This document shows, piece after piece, positions 25,150 through 38,900 of a DNA stretch of 64,000 bases. Source of the stretch: Ruditapes philippinarum (lineage: Eukaryota); contig NW_026863897.1 in the NCBI RefSeq assembly GCF_026571515.1, positions 1 to 64,000 of the forward strand, in the 5' to 3' direction. The position numbers were made by a program, and so were the translations under genes. Position 1 is the stretch's first letter; the number at the start of each line of letters is the position of its first letter. Below the pieces are notes generated by a model that made no database searches, had not been told where the DNA came from, and worked only from the letters and a program-made list of their open reading frames with translations.

Positions 25150-28100
25150 GAATAACATTGAATTTGTTATGTTCAATATTGTTATTTCATTATTAGTCTT
25201 TTTAACTAGTGAGAAATATATAAAAATAAAAGTAACATTTCGATCAACGTAACAAATGTGATGAAATGGAACCAAGGTTCCGAACAAACATCTAAACTTT
25301 AACAATGTTATCCACTAAGGCCTATAAATCAATTAATAATTACATGTATATTATAAAATATTAATTAACGCACTAGGTAAATTATAACATATTGTTTATT
25401 ACTACTAAATTTTGTTTTGACATGATTTTGAGAAATAAACACATACAAGGGCTATCTCAGAGTGCCGTAAATTAAGCCTTTAACTCGACCAGTTTAACAT
25501 AATATAGAAAGCCATTTAATTGTTATACATACTTATTACTTAAAATAAAGACCCAATTTACCATTCTAATAAGCGAATAAAATGACTTGCAACATAAGAA
25601 TCCATGTGTAAGAACGGACGGGCGAACGGACATGCCAAAATTTGGGGTTCATGTGTTGTTGTTTTTTTCGATCTATATGTGGCACTTTTCCACATAAACC
25701 AGTAAAATTACCCATAAACCAGTCTGTTTATCGGATTTCTTACTTTTTAAAACTAAGATTATGGACGGAATGAAGCTCATAAGAACAGGACGAACCAAAC
25801 ACTTTTCAGTAAAATATTCTCAAAATCATGTTCTCGTACATTATGGTGTACAACGCGGGTAAAAAAAGATTAAATAAATTTCTAACCGAAGGGTGAAATT
25901 GTTTTCCTTTTTTCTTTTCAATTATCATAGTGAGAATTGTGGATTTTTTAATATAAATCTTCTTGCAGATAAAGATACAACTGTTATGCGGACATCTATG
26001 AATTAACGAAAAATTGAGGAAGCATAAAGCGGGTTTCCTTTTTTCTTATTACTTGTATAATAGCTGTATAGCAAACAAGCCTTTTCATATCAATAACCTT
26101 AACATGTGTTTGATCTTTTAACATGCAAAATGTTGAAGACTATCAAAAGTGTAACATGCGCCGAACTAAATGGATGTTACATATGACACTTGAAGATTAA
26201 CAAACTTAGAGCTATACAAATGGGCATGCAAGTACTCTAAAATAAGTCGGTTTAAGATATATCGAAATATTATATGGAACCGGGTAAAACTTGCAGAATG
26301 AAATATTGAAAACTGACTAAAGTATAGTCTTTTAAAAGTAACTCTATCAGTTACATATGTAACATTTTTGAATAAGTTGTGCAAAACCAGTTCATAATTC
26401 CTAAGACGTACATAAATTGTTACTAAAATGGTCTTGTTTTGGCCGAGTATGAAAAAATTAAATCATAAATACTGTTTCATGTGTCGAATATCAGCTATTT
26501 GTATTCAGTATATTAGTACTGCCGTATAAGTGATTCTGAACTATTTCTATGTTATTTAGTATTATATAATGATGATATTTGATTACATAATGTTTGTTAT
26601 AATACCATAAGTATTTCTAATTATCATAAACGGACTTGGTTGTTGTATTATTTGATAGTTTTGGGTTTGTTTTCAAATTCAATAAATCCCACTCCTTGAA
26701 TTAATACCAATGCAGGAAAATTGCAAACAGAACAAAGAAAACCATTACAAGGCAAAGTGATAAAATGACATATGTAATTGATATCTTCCCAAAACATGTT
26801 ATGTCATTAGCGCGTAATAAAATGCGACCAATCTGCTTTAATAGAATAAAGCAAAGAAATATTTCTACCAATTGGTCTATATCCATTCACATAATTGTAG
26901 TGTTTCGAGACTAGACGACACGCATACATTGCGAATCAAGAGCAAAGTTAATGTTTATTTCACTTTTAGAGTGTAATCCATCATTTAACGTCGCTTAAAC
27001 TGTTCTTCCGTTTGTCTCTGCCATGTTATATTTTATAGAAACGGTGCTCTATGTTAATAACAAGTGGCTAATTATACAGGTCTTTACAGGTCTCTATTAC
27101 AAAGTTGTTTCTAGAAATTACATAACATAAACACTGATAGAGTTCAAATATTTCAGGTCATGCATTGGCAATTATCATACCGTTTTGAAAGATGATAATG
27201 CAAATTTCATGTTGAAGTCATTTCCTATGTTCTTTTACAAATATATGTTGATGAATAGAAATAAATGGATGCGTATACTGCATATCTTTTAAAGTCCTTT
27301 ACGGTGCCACATTTCTTAAAACTCTGAATTCACAATTATTGTTGGTAGAAATTGCTTGTTTAGAAAAGAAATTGCATTGTGTTTGAAGGAAAAGTGGGTT
27401 TAACGACTCTCATCATGTAGACAAACATATAAAAATGTCTACCAGAATTTTATACTAGTTTCGTTACATCTCTTAGTTTGTTTTAAAATAATAAATACAT
27501 AAGTACCATAATTCGGTTGTTTTCATTTGATTTCTTAAACAGTTAATTTTACTCCGGGGTGTATAATCTCAGTTAGGAGCATGGCAAAAGAGATTAAAGA
27601 AATAATATAACTTACAATATAATTTAAGATTTTTCAGAGCGTTTCAAAGGGTTTTTCAAAACATAAACAATTGTAGGATGGCGAAATAAGTCAACCTGTT
27701 ATTAAGGTACGAAAACAAAAGCGATAACATACACTTTTATTAATGAAGAAGATTAATGTCTTTGAAGCACTTAATATTCAATTAGAAAGGGCGTATTCAA
27801 ATGAAACAGTCAATAAACAGTCAAATACGGAAGAAAATATAATTTCAAACAATCAAATACTGCAAAAAGTAAAAGAAGATTTAACTTACTCGTATTGTGA
27901 GGAAAAGTTCTCATGATTTTTTAAAGAATGATGTTGCTATTTTTCTCGGAGAAAAAGAATTAACGCAGCGCAACGTTTATCCAAAATAAAGCAAAGAGAC
28001 AGAGATACAGAAGGCGGAAATACAATATTTTTAATTGTTAAATGTTTTGTATGTTGCATCCTTTATTTGAGCACATCTCTTAAACATACATACCTCTGAT

Positions 28101-29854
28101 TACTGATATTGTCTTTGCAACATTTGAAATACGAAACTGTTTCATTTAAGAAGTTACATTGATGAAACTTTAGAATCCTTACATTAATGAAAGTTAAACG
28201 TCAAACATTGTTTGGATGATTCATGTACAGTTTATACCTACATACAATTCTATTTGTTTTTCTTGAATTTATACATGTAGAACCACTATTTCCAATGTCT
28301 ATTTTCATATTTATATATAATATAATAAAAACATGTACCTATGGAACAATGTTCAAACTGTTATAACTATCGTATTAGTTCATTTTCAATTATTTGATAT
28401 AAAATTATTTTCTTCACACAGTCTTCAAAATCAGCTTGATAAGCTTGATAACTCAGGTGAATATTCACGTAAATTGGGATTGAATAATGTTAAAACACTA
28501 GACATTATTTTGAACATTTGACGAAATGAATGTCTGAAAAACCTGACGGTGCCCTATTTGCCGTTTTGCATATGTTATTCTCAAATAAATGATGTTTTGA
28601 AAATTATGTTATGTGAATTGTTGTCGAGCAATAATTTACATGACAAACAAACTGAATATTTTTCAAAGTTGAGTGGTCAATTTAAAAAAAAGAAAAGAAC
28701 AACAACAAGAAAAAAAGAAAAAGATGAAGTGAAAATGTATCAGTTTGGTATCACCTGTCAATTTGTAAATATGAAATAAAACTTTTGAATGGTTCTTGAT
28801 GTAAGAACAATTCAATGTTTAAGCGAAATAAGTTATTATTTCTGTTTTGCAGTCCTAAAGGGTGAAGATGCATTGCATAGAAAAGGATACGCTTGTGTAA
28901 ATGAAAAGCTTTTGTTTATGTTTTAATTTACAAAAAACCTATTACTCTTATTAATAAAATAAATGAGATCATTAAACTTGTCTCGTGTTGTCTTCGTTTA
29001 AGTTGAAGCTAAATTAAAGATTAGAAATAAAGTAAGAACTTTTGTTCAAACAATCTATATAAATTACTGGAAAACAAACAGTTAATCGTGGTAAACTCCT
29101 TTATCAACGAAGGTTTCGGAACAAACCCTTACTTATGTCAAGTTTTTGTTTGTATTACTGGGATTTTCGTCACAAAGGAACATAGGTCATACAGCCATTT
29201 TAAAGATCACTACGTGACTGTGCCGATCCATACATTATTTATTATTCAAAAACATATTAAAATATTTTTTAATGTTTATTGCATTTTTGTACGGAAAACT
29301 TCACATGCGTTGTCCAGTAAGAAAACATGTGTTATTCTCTAATATTCATTTTGTTTCTTTTAATACATTTAAAGAATATGACTAATTAGTGTGATTAAAA
29401 TATCTTTAATAGTATATTTATTTTTGTGTACTCTAAAAGTGTCTCAATATATGATACTTGCTTTTTGAATAATTGATACAGAGAGTTATATAAATCTTTA
29501 ATTCAAATTATGTCTAATTCGATGTTACATATATATTATGGTCTTTGAACACATTACTTCATATTTTACGTATTATTTAACATGCAAGCCGGACCTTAAA
29601 GTCTTAAAATCTTTTCATCAGGGCGAATAACTGCACATGTGTACTTGTACACAAGGCCTCTCCTCTTGGTTTACGTCTAAAGCTGTGATTGTTCTTTATG
29701 TATATTTGTCAAGGCGTGTATTCCAAACCTTTAGTATGTATATATTAATAAAGCTATTATATTAATAAAGCTATGGTATCCTGCATTATTTCATTCTTCA
29801 TGTTTGTATGTCAGCTTGCACATGCCAAATTGGTTTCTCTCGTGATTTAAGTCT

Positions 29855-29924
29855 GTTTTTGTTTATTCATCAAGGTGTCTGTTGTATGATTTTTGTTTAT
29901 TCATCAAGGTGTCTGTTGTATGAT
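29855..29924. repeat. Tandem duplication of about 35 bp (TTTTTGTTTATTCATCAAGGTGTCTGTTGTATGAT x2)
   Basis: Read directly. Confidence 0.85.
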
Positions 29925-32900
29925 TTGACATACTTATTCCTATGACAACAAGAAAATACACATACAACTAATAATGTTTTGTTTAATTGAAATTTACAAA
30001 TTCTTGTCTATAACAAAAATAACCGAAGTTTCAAAACAAACACAAAAGTTACAAAATGTCTTGATGTTTTCATAACACCTTACAAAAATGATACCAAACC
30101 AGTCGTTTACTTTCTTCATTAGTTCCAATGTTTAATGAAACAATTATCAGAATAGAGAAATGTTTACTGCTGAATGTTTAAGTGTTGAGCATACTTCAAC
30201 AGCCTGAAATGCGAGTTCTATAAGTTTTTCTCTTTGTTCATAGTGGCTCAAATTAAAATCAATTTTACAGTTAATATTATATTTAAACATCATCATTACG
30301 CCATGTCTCATTTCATAGCTTCTTTTCTACACAAGGTATCAAGACAGGTTTGGTCACGTGACGTAGGAAGACAAATTCATTCACATACCTTATTATTCAT
30401 TGTTTAAATGTTGTATTCCTTGTACGCGGATTTAGGAGATAGCATTGTTTATGTGGATTAAAGAATCTCTACCATTTCAAATGTATACTCTAGTTATTCA
30501 AGTAAGGGTATGCTAAAAACCTCTTAACAAAAAGGAATGTGTATATAAACAGGTCGATCCTAGGTTGCCACTGACCAATCAGAGCCTTGTTTAAGGTGTG
30601 AACAGCTTTTATAAACGATGTAATATTTTTACACAACTAAAATGAACATCTTTATTCTAGAACGAACAAGATATAACTGCGAGTACTTGTCAGCAAATGT
30701 CGGACATTACGTTCAGGGATATGTATGACTCATACAAGGCACAATTTAATGTTAAATGGTTTCTATGAGCATTTATATAAGATTAAATATTAAAAAAGGT
30801 TAATGCCTAAGGAATTTCGAAAATGTCGATTGATTTTCTTTTTAAAATAATGGTAGTTATTGTAAGATCTACTTCTTTGTATATGTATGAATTCGATATC
30901 AACCGACACAAAACCACACATTTAGGAAATCTTACTGATTTTAAATTAATCAAGTAGACTTTTCAATTAATTAATGCATTTGCCAAAACATGAGAGAGGA
31001 TTAGTTGTGTATCTTAGAACGGGACATTTGTACAAACACATAATTTGATGTTAATATCAGCAAGCCATTTTCAAAAATGGTTAAAATCACCATGTAAAAT
31101 GTACAATGTTATAACATTTGCAGCATCCTGAAAATTTCGATATTTGTCCCTAAAATTTGCTAAAGCAATTTAAATTATAATATCTGTCAGTAAAAGAGAA
31201 AAAGAAAAGTTCAGGTCAAAATATTTCCCATTTTAAACAGTAAACATTGAAAATAAATTTGAGAAATATTATTTACAGTACAACACGAGCCATTATTATT
31301 TTTACAGATAAACTTTTTCCTTTGCTATGTTATGAATATAGTTGAATATAGTTGTATATTAAAGTGAATTAAGATGGATATTTTTACTAATGTTTCAACA
31401 ATATTCATTTCATATAGTCCAGACATATACAATTATGTGCAACAGCATGCAGGATTGAAAAGAAAGTCAAAGACTTATGTAACGTTCTAAAAGAAATATT
31501 TACTAATGTTTAATCAAGATTACCAAAAGTTATTCTTTATAAATGTAATCACCTAATCAAAATAGATCAAAGTAAATTATATCTTGCCAACTTAAATTCT
31601 TGATCAATACACAAGAAAGTTATAATTAAAAAAAAATCCACATTAGACGAAATAATAAGACATTTAACAATAAACACCAGGTCAATAATTTACAGTTTCA
31701 CTTTCAAGTCTTCAAAGCAATAAATATCCATGAACAAACCTCATGAATATTTATTTGACATGAGATGTTTACATAGATTGACATTACAAAATCACTCTTT
31801 AAGTGGCCACCAGGCTGTTGTCAATATTTGACATGAACAAAATAAATATTCCGCAATTAATTAAACTTGGATTGATTAATTGCTTTGCAATTCTCCTCTT
31901 CGCGGCCAACGGCTGGCCTTACTGTCTCTAACCATATTGTAATCGAGCGAAAGAATTTAATATTTCCCTATTGATCAGCTTTTGTCTTTTCTTGTCTTTT
32001 AACATTTAAAGTAAAGACAGAGATCATATAGAAAAGTTCCTTGTAAACTTCAGTTAAGAATGTGTTAAAACGATTTCAATTTTTTTCCACGTTTTTTTCC
32101 CTGTTTATGAATAAATAATTCCTATGTAATCAGGAAGCTTTGTATAGCAATAGATTAACAGTTAGTTAAAAAATGCAATAGTATGACTATAACATTGTGA
32201 ATTAAACAATTTATTTATCAATTTACTCTTACTTTTAAACGCTTGTTAACCAAAGATTTATTACAAAGAATATATCATATCGTTGTTGAAGAAATTGTTT
32301 TATCATAAAACATTTGTAGGTGACGTATATGCTTTTTGAATATATATGACGGACATTCTAGAACTAAGGTTACAACAATAGAAAAAAAATGATCAAAGAA
32401 ACACATCTATTGTAACATTTCAAGATAAGTTAAGTCTTTTATACTTAAAATGATTTCTTTAAACAGATTTATTTACCGAAGCTAATGGCAAACCGTTTGA
32501 TTTGCGAAAGATTAACAATGGTCGACATTCATTTATTTCCGAAAACCATCGACGTTCTCCGGATTTAATCACTATGTAGTCACTCTTCAAGATCCTGTGG
32601 TTAGAGATAAATTATTATTACCGTTATTAATTTCTCTTTGAGCAAATTTATCCTATGCAGACCGTTTCTTTTGGTAGTTTATTTTGCACATATTGCCATA
32701 TATAGACGATAAAATACCCGGCTTTCATTTTTGTTCCAACGCGCAAACGAAATTCTTTAAGGAAAAGAGTAAAGTTTGTGTTCTTTAAAGGAATGAATAT
32801 TTTATAATATATTTTATTATTTGTATATGAATCTGTGTAGGATTGTTGATTTTAACGCTCAGACGGACGGATGTAATATTCTTTATGTTTTGGATAACCC

Positions 32901-35900
32901 CAGTAGTAAGATTGTTCTTCATTTTCTATAGAAAAAATGTGAAAAAATAAAATACATTACACTTTATTTCGTCATTATTTTCTGGATCAGATTAAGAAAA
33001 TACTCATTATTGATAAATTTGATAAAGTGACATTATGCCCATCAAAGTGTGTAAAGTGAGTAAACAGATGAAAGTGAAAATAAATTCGCATTTTGCCGTA
33101 TTTCCTTTTAATTTTATAATTTGCTTCGCTTGAATGATAAAAACACAAGGGTTCAAAGGATATTTCTATAAATATCAATTGAAATTTACTTGTTGCATTC
33201 AATAAAGTAGTGTGGCAGTGTATCACCGCACGTTAGGGTAGTGGTAAACTTCAAAGCGCTCTTTGGGTTAAACGAACTTTGGGTCAAAATGGAGAAATGT
33301 ACCCAAAAGTGCGTTAATACCTTTGCATGCACTTTTGATTCAAAACTTTTTAAGGTGCAAACTGAATTTTGCTTAAATACTGAGAACTAAAGGATACGGT
33401 CGATATTTAGGTACATCAGTGTGCAATTAAATGATCTTACTTAGTACTATTTAGATTCAGTAAATTCCAAACAAATGTTGTTCTTTTTTGTTGTTGCTTA
33501 TTAGATGTAAGTAATGAATGTTTTATGAATGTTACAACTATAAATATAGCAAAACTTAATAATGTATTCTTTGAAATAACAGATGTTTCGAACAACATTA
33601 TGTTGTGTCAGCCATTTACTTGATAAGTTTTGGTGTTATATTGAACCGTAAAATTCAATATGATTGGGATGTAATAAAGTGCAATAAATATCATCTTATT
33701 GCATCTCTTTTGCAAAAGAAAAAAACAATTTGTGTTTAAATGACTTGTAACAAGTAAATTAGAATCAACACACATCATAATAAAGTTGCACGAGGTTTAC
33801 AGCTGTAAATTAATTTCAAATCTGTTTCACAATTATCGATTTCCAGGTATCAGTCATGTTATTTCATGAAAGAAACTGAAGCAACTATTACTATTAGTAA
33901 ATTTAAGTTTATCTTTTTTTATATCATCATTAATATGTCCGCAATGTCTTACTTTCAATTTTATGCAACTTTGGATTGAAAATGAAACAACACGAGTGTA
34001 ATTTAATAAAACCGTTGATTTACAGCATGAAACGTTTAAAGGGATACTCAGGCAAATTAATGATAAAGTATTAAAATGATCTAATGTACTCAAATTACAC
34101 TAAAATGACATTTATTTAAAGTCCCAGTATTAATTTCTGTATAATTTCTATGTATTTTGCGTTTAAAGCGCAAATATATCTACACATGTTGAACAAAATG
34201 TTGCCACCGAATAGTTTTAAAACAAGTCATGTAACTTGAACAAAGCCCGGAAGTTACAATAACAGATATTGTGGATATTGTATGATCGAAACAAGTCTAA
34301 GTCATTCATTTGACATGTTCTTTAACGTTTATAGAGTTCACTGTGATAACTTTTGTGAAATCTTAACGCCCTAACCTGACTCACGTGGGTGAAGTTAGGA
34401 AGCCACTATTGTATTCTTTATAAGAGGAAAAGTTTTGTTCCTGTAACCGCTTAGTGTATTCACTTTGAGGACATTTACATAATAATGCATAAAAAATTCA
34501 AAGGAAAGAAATGAAAATTTTGCCTGTGTCTCCTGCATCAATCGAATCTTATGTAGCAAGTGTAAGTAAGTGTTGAACGATTTTACAAAATGTATCTGTT
34601 TTATGAACCACTTAAACGCTGCCATTCTGAAATGACCGCCATACTAGAAAAGTGATTAATTTCGTATTTTCAAAAAATGACTTTATACATGTTTAAAGAT
34701 AATTCTCTGCCATAAACGGACGAATGGATTTTTAAAAGATAAACACATAAAAAACAATGTTGCTCAGTACGACCAATATGATGAATTTAATAATTTGGCA
34801 TCCATTTTGGAAGCCATCTTATATGACATTTTCCAAGTAAATTCTGTTCAATGCAAGTCTCTTTAACAGAGCAGTACTATAATTGATTAATATAGAGCAG
34901 TTTCCTCCGTGAAATATAACTAGAAAGGGGAAAATACAAATGTTAATGGTTCGTCACCATGGGCCTGGATTTTGAATAATAAAATAATAATAAAATGGTA
35001 ATGAGCCATGAAATGAACTATATTCTGTCAAATGATTATAGCGTGACCATGCGCATATGTCGTATAATTATGCCTTTTTCAATAAATTGATAAATACACA
35101 GCCATTTAAACAAATGTTATTGTGATAATTTTAACACACCTGATTTCTGCCAAAGAAATGGCGCGCACTTGTAAGGTTTTTCTTCCACGGACAAATTAAC
35201 ATACACTTAATTGTGTAAGCAAAGTTAAATAACAAAGTCATACAGACAGAATTCCTACATTTTGACATATTTGACACAGTATGCCCAAATGTAGACCCTG
35301 AAATGTATGTTATCTTATTCGTTATGAGACATGGTACGTATATCATGCCGTTTTCTCATGAAAGCAAAAGATATAAATATAATGATAACCATTTCGCCAT
35401 TTTGTCCAAGCGACAAACATGTTCGTTTTGCATGTATTCAGAGACTACAAAATAATTATTCATTTAAACATACTAAATGGCATTGTGAACATATCGAGCG
35501 ATTCGCCCATCTAAAAGACTGCATGTATTTATATATTCAGATGTCACATTCGTTTTGTAAATCATTTAATATATATTCAAGATAGTCATAGATTTACATA
35601 TTCATGAAAATTAAAATATAAATAATATAAATAATATAAATGAATATAAATATAGATGAATCAAATATCTTTCATACAGCATAAATATGTTTGTAATTGA
35701 TACCTTTTTTATTCTAACCCTTATTGTAGCATTCATTAGGGACATGCTTTTTGTGCTTATAAGAAAGTTTTTATTATTGACCCAATAAACAATAATGATC
35801 TAGTTATTTTTTAAAAGACATATACACATGTACGGTAAACATTCATTTTTGTGGAAAAAAATCATATTTAACGAGATATTGGGAAATAATCAACCATTTC

Positions 35901-38900
35901 AAAACATTTTTGAAGTTAATCAGCGGTACGTTTATTTATAAAGGTCGTTGGTAAAGTCTATGTTAATGGTTTGATATTTTGACCAAAGTAATATGAATAA
36001 TTCCACATTAAATATAGAAATTTTATTCTTATATTGACTTATGTCTATTAATGATTTTCGGTTGCTTTTAGATAAAAGGATTATAGCTGAAATATAATTC
36101 AAAATTTGATATATTTGAATAAATTAAGATATCAATGTTGTCATAATAACATGACGATTTAAAGACGTATATCTTTTGGATAAGCTAAACAATTTGCGGT
36201 GTTAATTAACAAAGTACGAACCACAATATTTTTTTCATCAACAAAATACTTCTGACTGTACAGAATATATATAAACAAATGGTGACATTGTTCTCCTAAA
36301 AAATCTGCAAGATCATCAGTTTTGTAAAACTATTGTTGTTGCTTTGTTGCAACTATCTCGAAAATCAAAATAAAGTCATTTAAGTCCTCTGTTATGACAT
36401 ATTGCAACGCTTTGAATAAATCCTCACTGTGTTGTCTTATTTATGAAAATATGTCAATAACACAAAATTGATTATGTTTTTTTATAAAGAGTTATAGTTT
36501 TTTTTCTTGATATGTATGTACTATGATTTTCGATTGAATTAAGATGTATATCTTCCTACATAATTTTAAAGAAATACTAATTTTCCGCATACTAGTAGTA
36601 TTTTTACATTTCTTTTACGGTTTATAATATATTTTCTGATGTTTAAATACTTCATTTTCAATGGGATTAAAGCTGGTATTAAATGCAAACAATATTATGT
36701 TTCATCGTTTGTTATTCACGAAAAAAATAAGAATTTACTGTATTATTACTAAAAAAATCATTTTTCAGCAGGATACAAAGATTGATGTTACCATATGCTA
36801 GGTTTTTGTTTCCTATGTTCGTAGAAGTTACACAAAATATTCAGATCAATTAACAAGGACGACCCATCATTTTTTTCAGAGGTAGAAAATGATATTTTTC
36901 TTTCACATTTTAAAAACGCGGAGCTAATTTAAAATCTTCACTAACGTTGCTAATTTTCATAGTGAGGTACACAAATCGTCCTCATCATTATATCTTTGAA
37001 AGGGTCGCAATGGTTAATAAGTTTCTTAAAATATTTCTATATGCGTTTTTCATAAACATCTTATTATTACATAAGGAAAGTATTCACAACACCTTTATTT
37101 TTTCCAAATTGCTGTAATATACGGTTGAACATGCACTTCTGGGCAAAGTTCCTTAACATATCATATATACCATACGAAGATCTGAACGAAGTGTTCTATT
37201 ATTTAATTAAATATTATAATAACGTGGACTGTTGAATGTTTTCGAGAAATATTAACAAAACAACAACACCAGGATTATTGGACACAATTTTCGAATGCGG
37301 TTTCAAGAATTATTTTGTATTCCAAACGCAGTATGGAGTATAACTATATTTTGTTTATATACAAATATCGCAAATAGCTTAAAATATCTGATTTGTTTTA
37401 GCGTGATTAATATATAAATAATACGAGCGCAAAAAAAATAAATGAATACAAATACCGAAATATATCATGTCTTCTCTATAAATAGATAAACATTTTAATA
37501 ATTATAAGTTCTGATATTATTAAAATTACAATAAAGTAAAAAACATTCATGACGCATAGAGAAAAATGCATAAGACTCGTATGTTTATGTGAGAACCAAA
37601 TTAGAATTCCATAAAGATAAATTTGAACTAAACAATTTCCACAAAATGAAAGTATAAAATAAACTAACAGCATTTTAAATTTTATGTTCAAGTAACAGAT
37701 TATCCTTCAATTGCATTGAACAGTAGCAAATGATAAGATGCACGCTCGGTTTGAGTCTTTTTATAAGTGATACTGAAGCAACATCTCCCACGCTCCAAAG
37801 AACCCGCAAAAAATTTGGATAATCAATCCTAATAAACACATTCTGATATATATTTACTTATAGATGAAACTGTTTGGTGAACAAACATACTTTTATACTT
37901 TTTAAAAAGCAGAGCTTCTTACAAACCAAAGCACTACTTTATTCAGTTTGTGCAAAACGATAAGATGCACTTATGCTGCAATATCTACGCAGGGTGCCTT
38001 CATATCAGTCAAAATAATGAAGATGAATTGCGAATCTTAAAACGACAGTTAAGATTCGTGAAAGTGCCCATAAGCGGTAACTTAAACATAATATAAGTCA
38101 TAAAAAATATAATGCTATATCATATCAAATATAAAAACAGAAACTCTCTACTTTTCGGCGTTGACATTCAACTAAATATACAATGTTAGTCCCCCTTGAT
38201 TTGTTTAATTGATAACAAAGGTAAATTTTAATTTTTCAAATTTATCTGCTAGAAGGCTCTGGAATCGAAGTAAGAGCAACCACCATAAAAGACAAAATGT
38301 TATTTCATAAGCACTAAAGGAAGGAAATATTCATATTGATACACTCTTGTTAGAATTTACATGGTATATGGCATTAAACAAATGGATCACTTCACTTTAA
38401 TAAAAGTGATGCAGATTATTTCTTTCATCAATTTTCATCAATTCAACAATATTTATGCTATTTCTTCTATTCAAGTGAAGTATTATTGAACCTAATGGGG
38501 AAAATATTGGTAGATCTAGATATGTGTTCGGATATTAACAGTAAACTGGAACCAGATATTCGTAATTCATTCTAATATTTTCAGTATACTCTTTTATCAA
38601 TTTAGCAGAAAATATAGCTTCAAACAAATAATGTGAATAGCAATTTCCTTATTCAATAATTTCCGTTTTCTGTTTATTTATATCAAATTCTGTGGTCTCC
38701 TAATGCGCATCTAAATGTGTATCCATTACTTGTGTAGGTGTGTGTAGGTTTCAAATTGTTTGAAATTGTTAACATTTATTTTGTTTTGGCTGCGTTTCTT
38801 TTCATGTCGCCTTTTATTGTATAAAAATTTTGTCATAAAACATTTGGTAGCTGCATGATGTTTTGATTATGTTTTGACAAGTACATTCGTATTTTCTCAA

